Part shown: positions 61,928-64,000 of the stretch, one piece after another
Numbering within the stretch: the stretch's first letter is position 1
Layout: every line of letters starts with the position of its first letter
Source: the human T2T-CHM13v2.0 reference genome, Homo sapiens
DNA length: 64,000 bases
Direction: 5' to 3' (one strand)
NCBI RefSeq assembly: GCF_009914755.1
Contig: NC_060937.1
The notes under the pieces: model-generated
The model's database searches: none
Told to the model about the DNA's origin: nothing
The model's input: the letters and a program-made list of their open reading frames with translations, nothing else
Made by a program: the position numbers and the translations under genes

Positions 61928-62771
61928 TGAAGCTTGATAACAACTCCTTCTGCCTGGGGGATAACTTCAATCTTGCTCTCAGCTCTGGGTAGGGACCTTC
62001 TTAAGAGATAATGTTTGGCTGCTGTAGATCTCACTAAATCATTAAAAATGTTCCCATCCACTGTGGCTCAACAACCAGTCTGCTTGATTGCAGTGGCCCA
62101 GGCAGCGTGGCAGCCATGCCTGGTGGGGCCCAGCCAGCATGGCCAGCAGCCATCATCCTGCAGGGAGGCCACCCTCACCTGTGCTTGGAAGGAGCGCCCA
62201 GTCGTCGAGAATCAAACCCTTCCATCTTCGGATGTGCTGACAATTCCACTACAAAGTGGCCAGGGAAACAATAGGCTAGGCGGCACCAGTCACCCAACTT
62301 TGCTACCAGTTTAGCAGTTTGGTAGAGCAGAGAAGGAGTTTGAAGACTCCGGCAGCATCAAGAATTTTATCTAAAAAGCCAGCACCTGCCCGGGCGTCAT
62401 CCCTTCACTGACCAACCTGTGACCATGACAGTGATGGCACCGGGCTGGTCTGTGCGTGCACATGTGCTTGTGCATTTGGGCCTGTGTGCGTGCCTGTGTC
62501 AGTCAAAGAAAGGACGAAAGCTCTTCTGGGACGTCTTGATCACAGACACAGCAAAGTCACAGTAATATAACTTCTTATAAAGTGAAGAAAGCCCTCCTTC
62601 GTCCTGCCACCCCCAGTTACTGTGATCTGTTTTGGGTTCTGAGATGGAGGTTCGCTGCAGTGTGGGTGTGATGGGTAGTCTGGGGAGCTCTGGCGGTGGG
62701 AAGGCCCCCCAGGGATGCCTCAGAATGAGGCCACGGAAGGGCCAGCAGGGAGAGAGGTAACCTTCGGAGGA

Positions 62772-63168
62772 TGTATTCATGTCTGGGGGCTGCTGTCACA
62801 AAATACTGCAAACCAGGTGGCCTGAAACAGCAGAAATTTATTTATTCCTTCATGGTTCTGGGGGCCTAGAATCTGAGATCAAAGTGTGGGCAGGGATAGG
62901 GGCTCTCTGGCGTCCCTGGGGGATCCCCTCCTTGTCCTCCTGACATCTCTGGTGTTCCTTTTCTGGGAGCTGCTCGCTCCAGGCTCTGCCTTTTTCCCCG
63001 CAGTCCTCTCACTGCATCTGTGCCCTTACACGGCCTCCTCCTGCCCCACTCCTCTGTGACCTTCTCCTGACTGAGCTGGTCACATCTGCAAAGACCCTGT
63101 TTCCAAGGTCCCATCCTGAGGCTGCAGGTGGACATGGAAGTTGGGAGGTCACCGCTCAACCTGGAATG
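62772..63168 (-). mobile_element. MLT1 (B/C-like) MaLR solo LTR
   Basis: TGTATTCATGTCTGGGGGCTGCTGTCACAAAATAC...AAACAGCAGAAATTTATT...CACATCTGCAAAGACCCTGTTTCCAA...GGTGGACATG. Confidence 0.85.
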
Positions 63169-64000
63169 AAGGCAGCCCCCGCACTGGCCCTCCCTGAGCA
63201 GGGCCTGAGGGTGTTGGTCCTGGGGGAGGGACCTGGGCGTCGTGCCCGGTGTCCAAGCACCACCTTCACAGCAGGTGCACTTCTCGTCCTCGTGCTGATG
63301 GCCATTCATCTGGAGCTGAAGAGCTCTCACACGGGCTCCACGAAGGGCAGAGTCAGAAAGGGTGGAGGCACCCGAGATGCTTGCACATGGCGATGGTGAC
63401 GTTGGGCTGTTGCTTTGCCCACTGTCGCCCTGTCCATGCATGGCCTGCCCTGCTCACAGTCTCTGCTGGCTGTCTCCTCCGGCTCTGACCCTGTCTCCTG
63501 CCCCAAATGCCCTCTCTGTCACCTCGTCCCTCTGCTTCCTCTCAGTGCCGGCCTCTCCCTCCTCCAGACCTCCACCTGCACTCCCACCAGCCTGTCCGGC
63601 AGCTGCCACCTTTTTTTCCCTCAGGTTGGAAGAAACATGGCAGGAGAGAGGGTCCCGGCTCAGCAGCGGCAGATCTAGGATGGACTGGCTGGGGGCTGGA
63701 GTTGGAGCAGCAGCGAGCGGCACAGGCACAGGCTCTACCTGGGAAGGGAGCGCTTGGAGATTTGTTCCTGGAGTGGACTCACCCGCCGGGACCACAGGTG
63801 TGAGCGGAGGCATTAGAGCCCACGCCGTTCCCTTCAGTTCTCACCACTGAGAGACATACATACACATTATACCAAATAACCTAGGAATCCAATTCTTATA
63901 AAGCATATGGCGAATCAAAGATTAGGGTGAGGCCCGCGCATGGAGCATCGTTGGTGGGGCGGGCAGATGCTGGATGTGTCCCTAGCTACCTTTCTCATTT

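Overview
Catarrhine-primate (human or Old World monkey) genomic DNA with no credible protein-coding exon, RNA gene or CRISPR array. Several of the listed ORFs come from repeats (Alu, L1, microsatellites, minisatellites). The rest look like chance ORFs in GC-rich DNA. The window holds: Alus (young to old), MIR fragments, degraded L1s, solo ERV/MaLR LTRs (MLT2, MER4, MLT1, MSTA), hAT MITEs (MER58A/B), four clear minisatellites (41, 58, 87 and 46/42 bp units), several microsatellites, a short telomere-like tract and two CpG-rich patches. It also has several repeat-free AT-rich blocks dense in homeodomain/SOX/FOX motifs that look like developmental enhancers. The overall picture is a distal-chromosome gene desert or large intron with a regulatory landscape (inference). 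I found no evidence of a new multi-component biological system. The best leads are structured or CpG-variable VNTRs, a cluster of four palindromes at 18.9 kb, candidate enhancers, and a young Alu whose diagnostic bases suggest an Old World monkey source. Repeat family names come from recalled consensus sequences and need RepeatMasker/Dfam confirmation.
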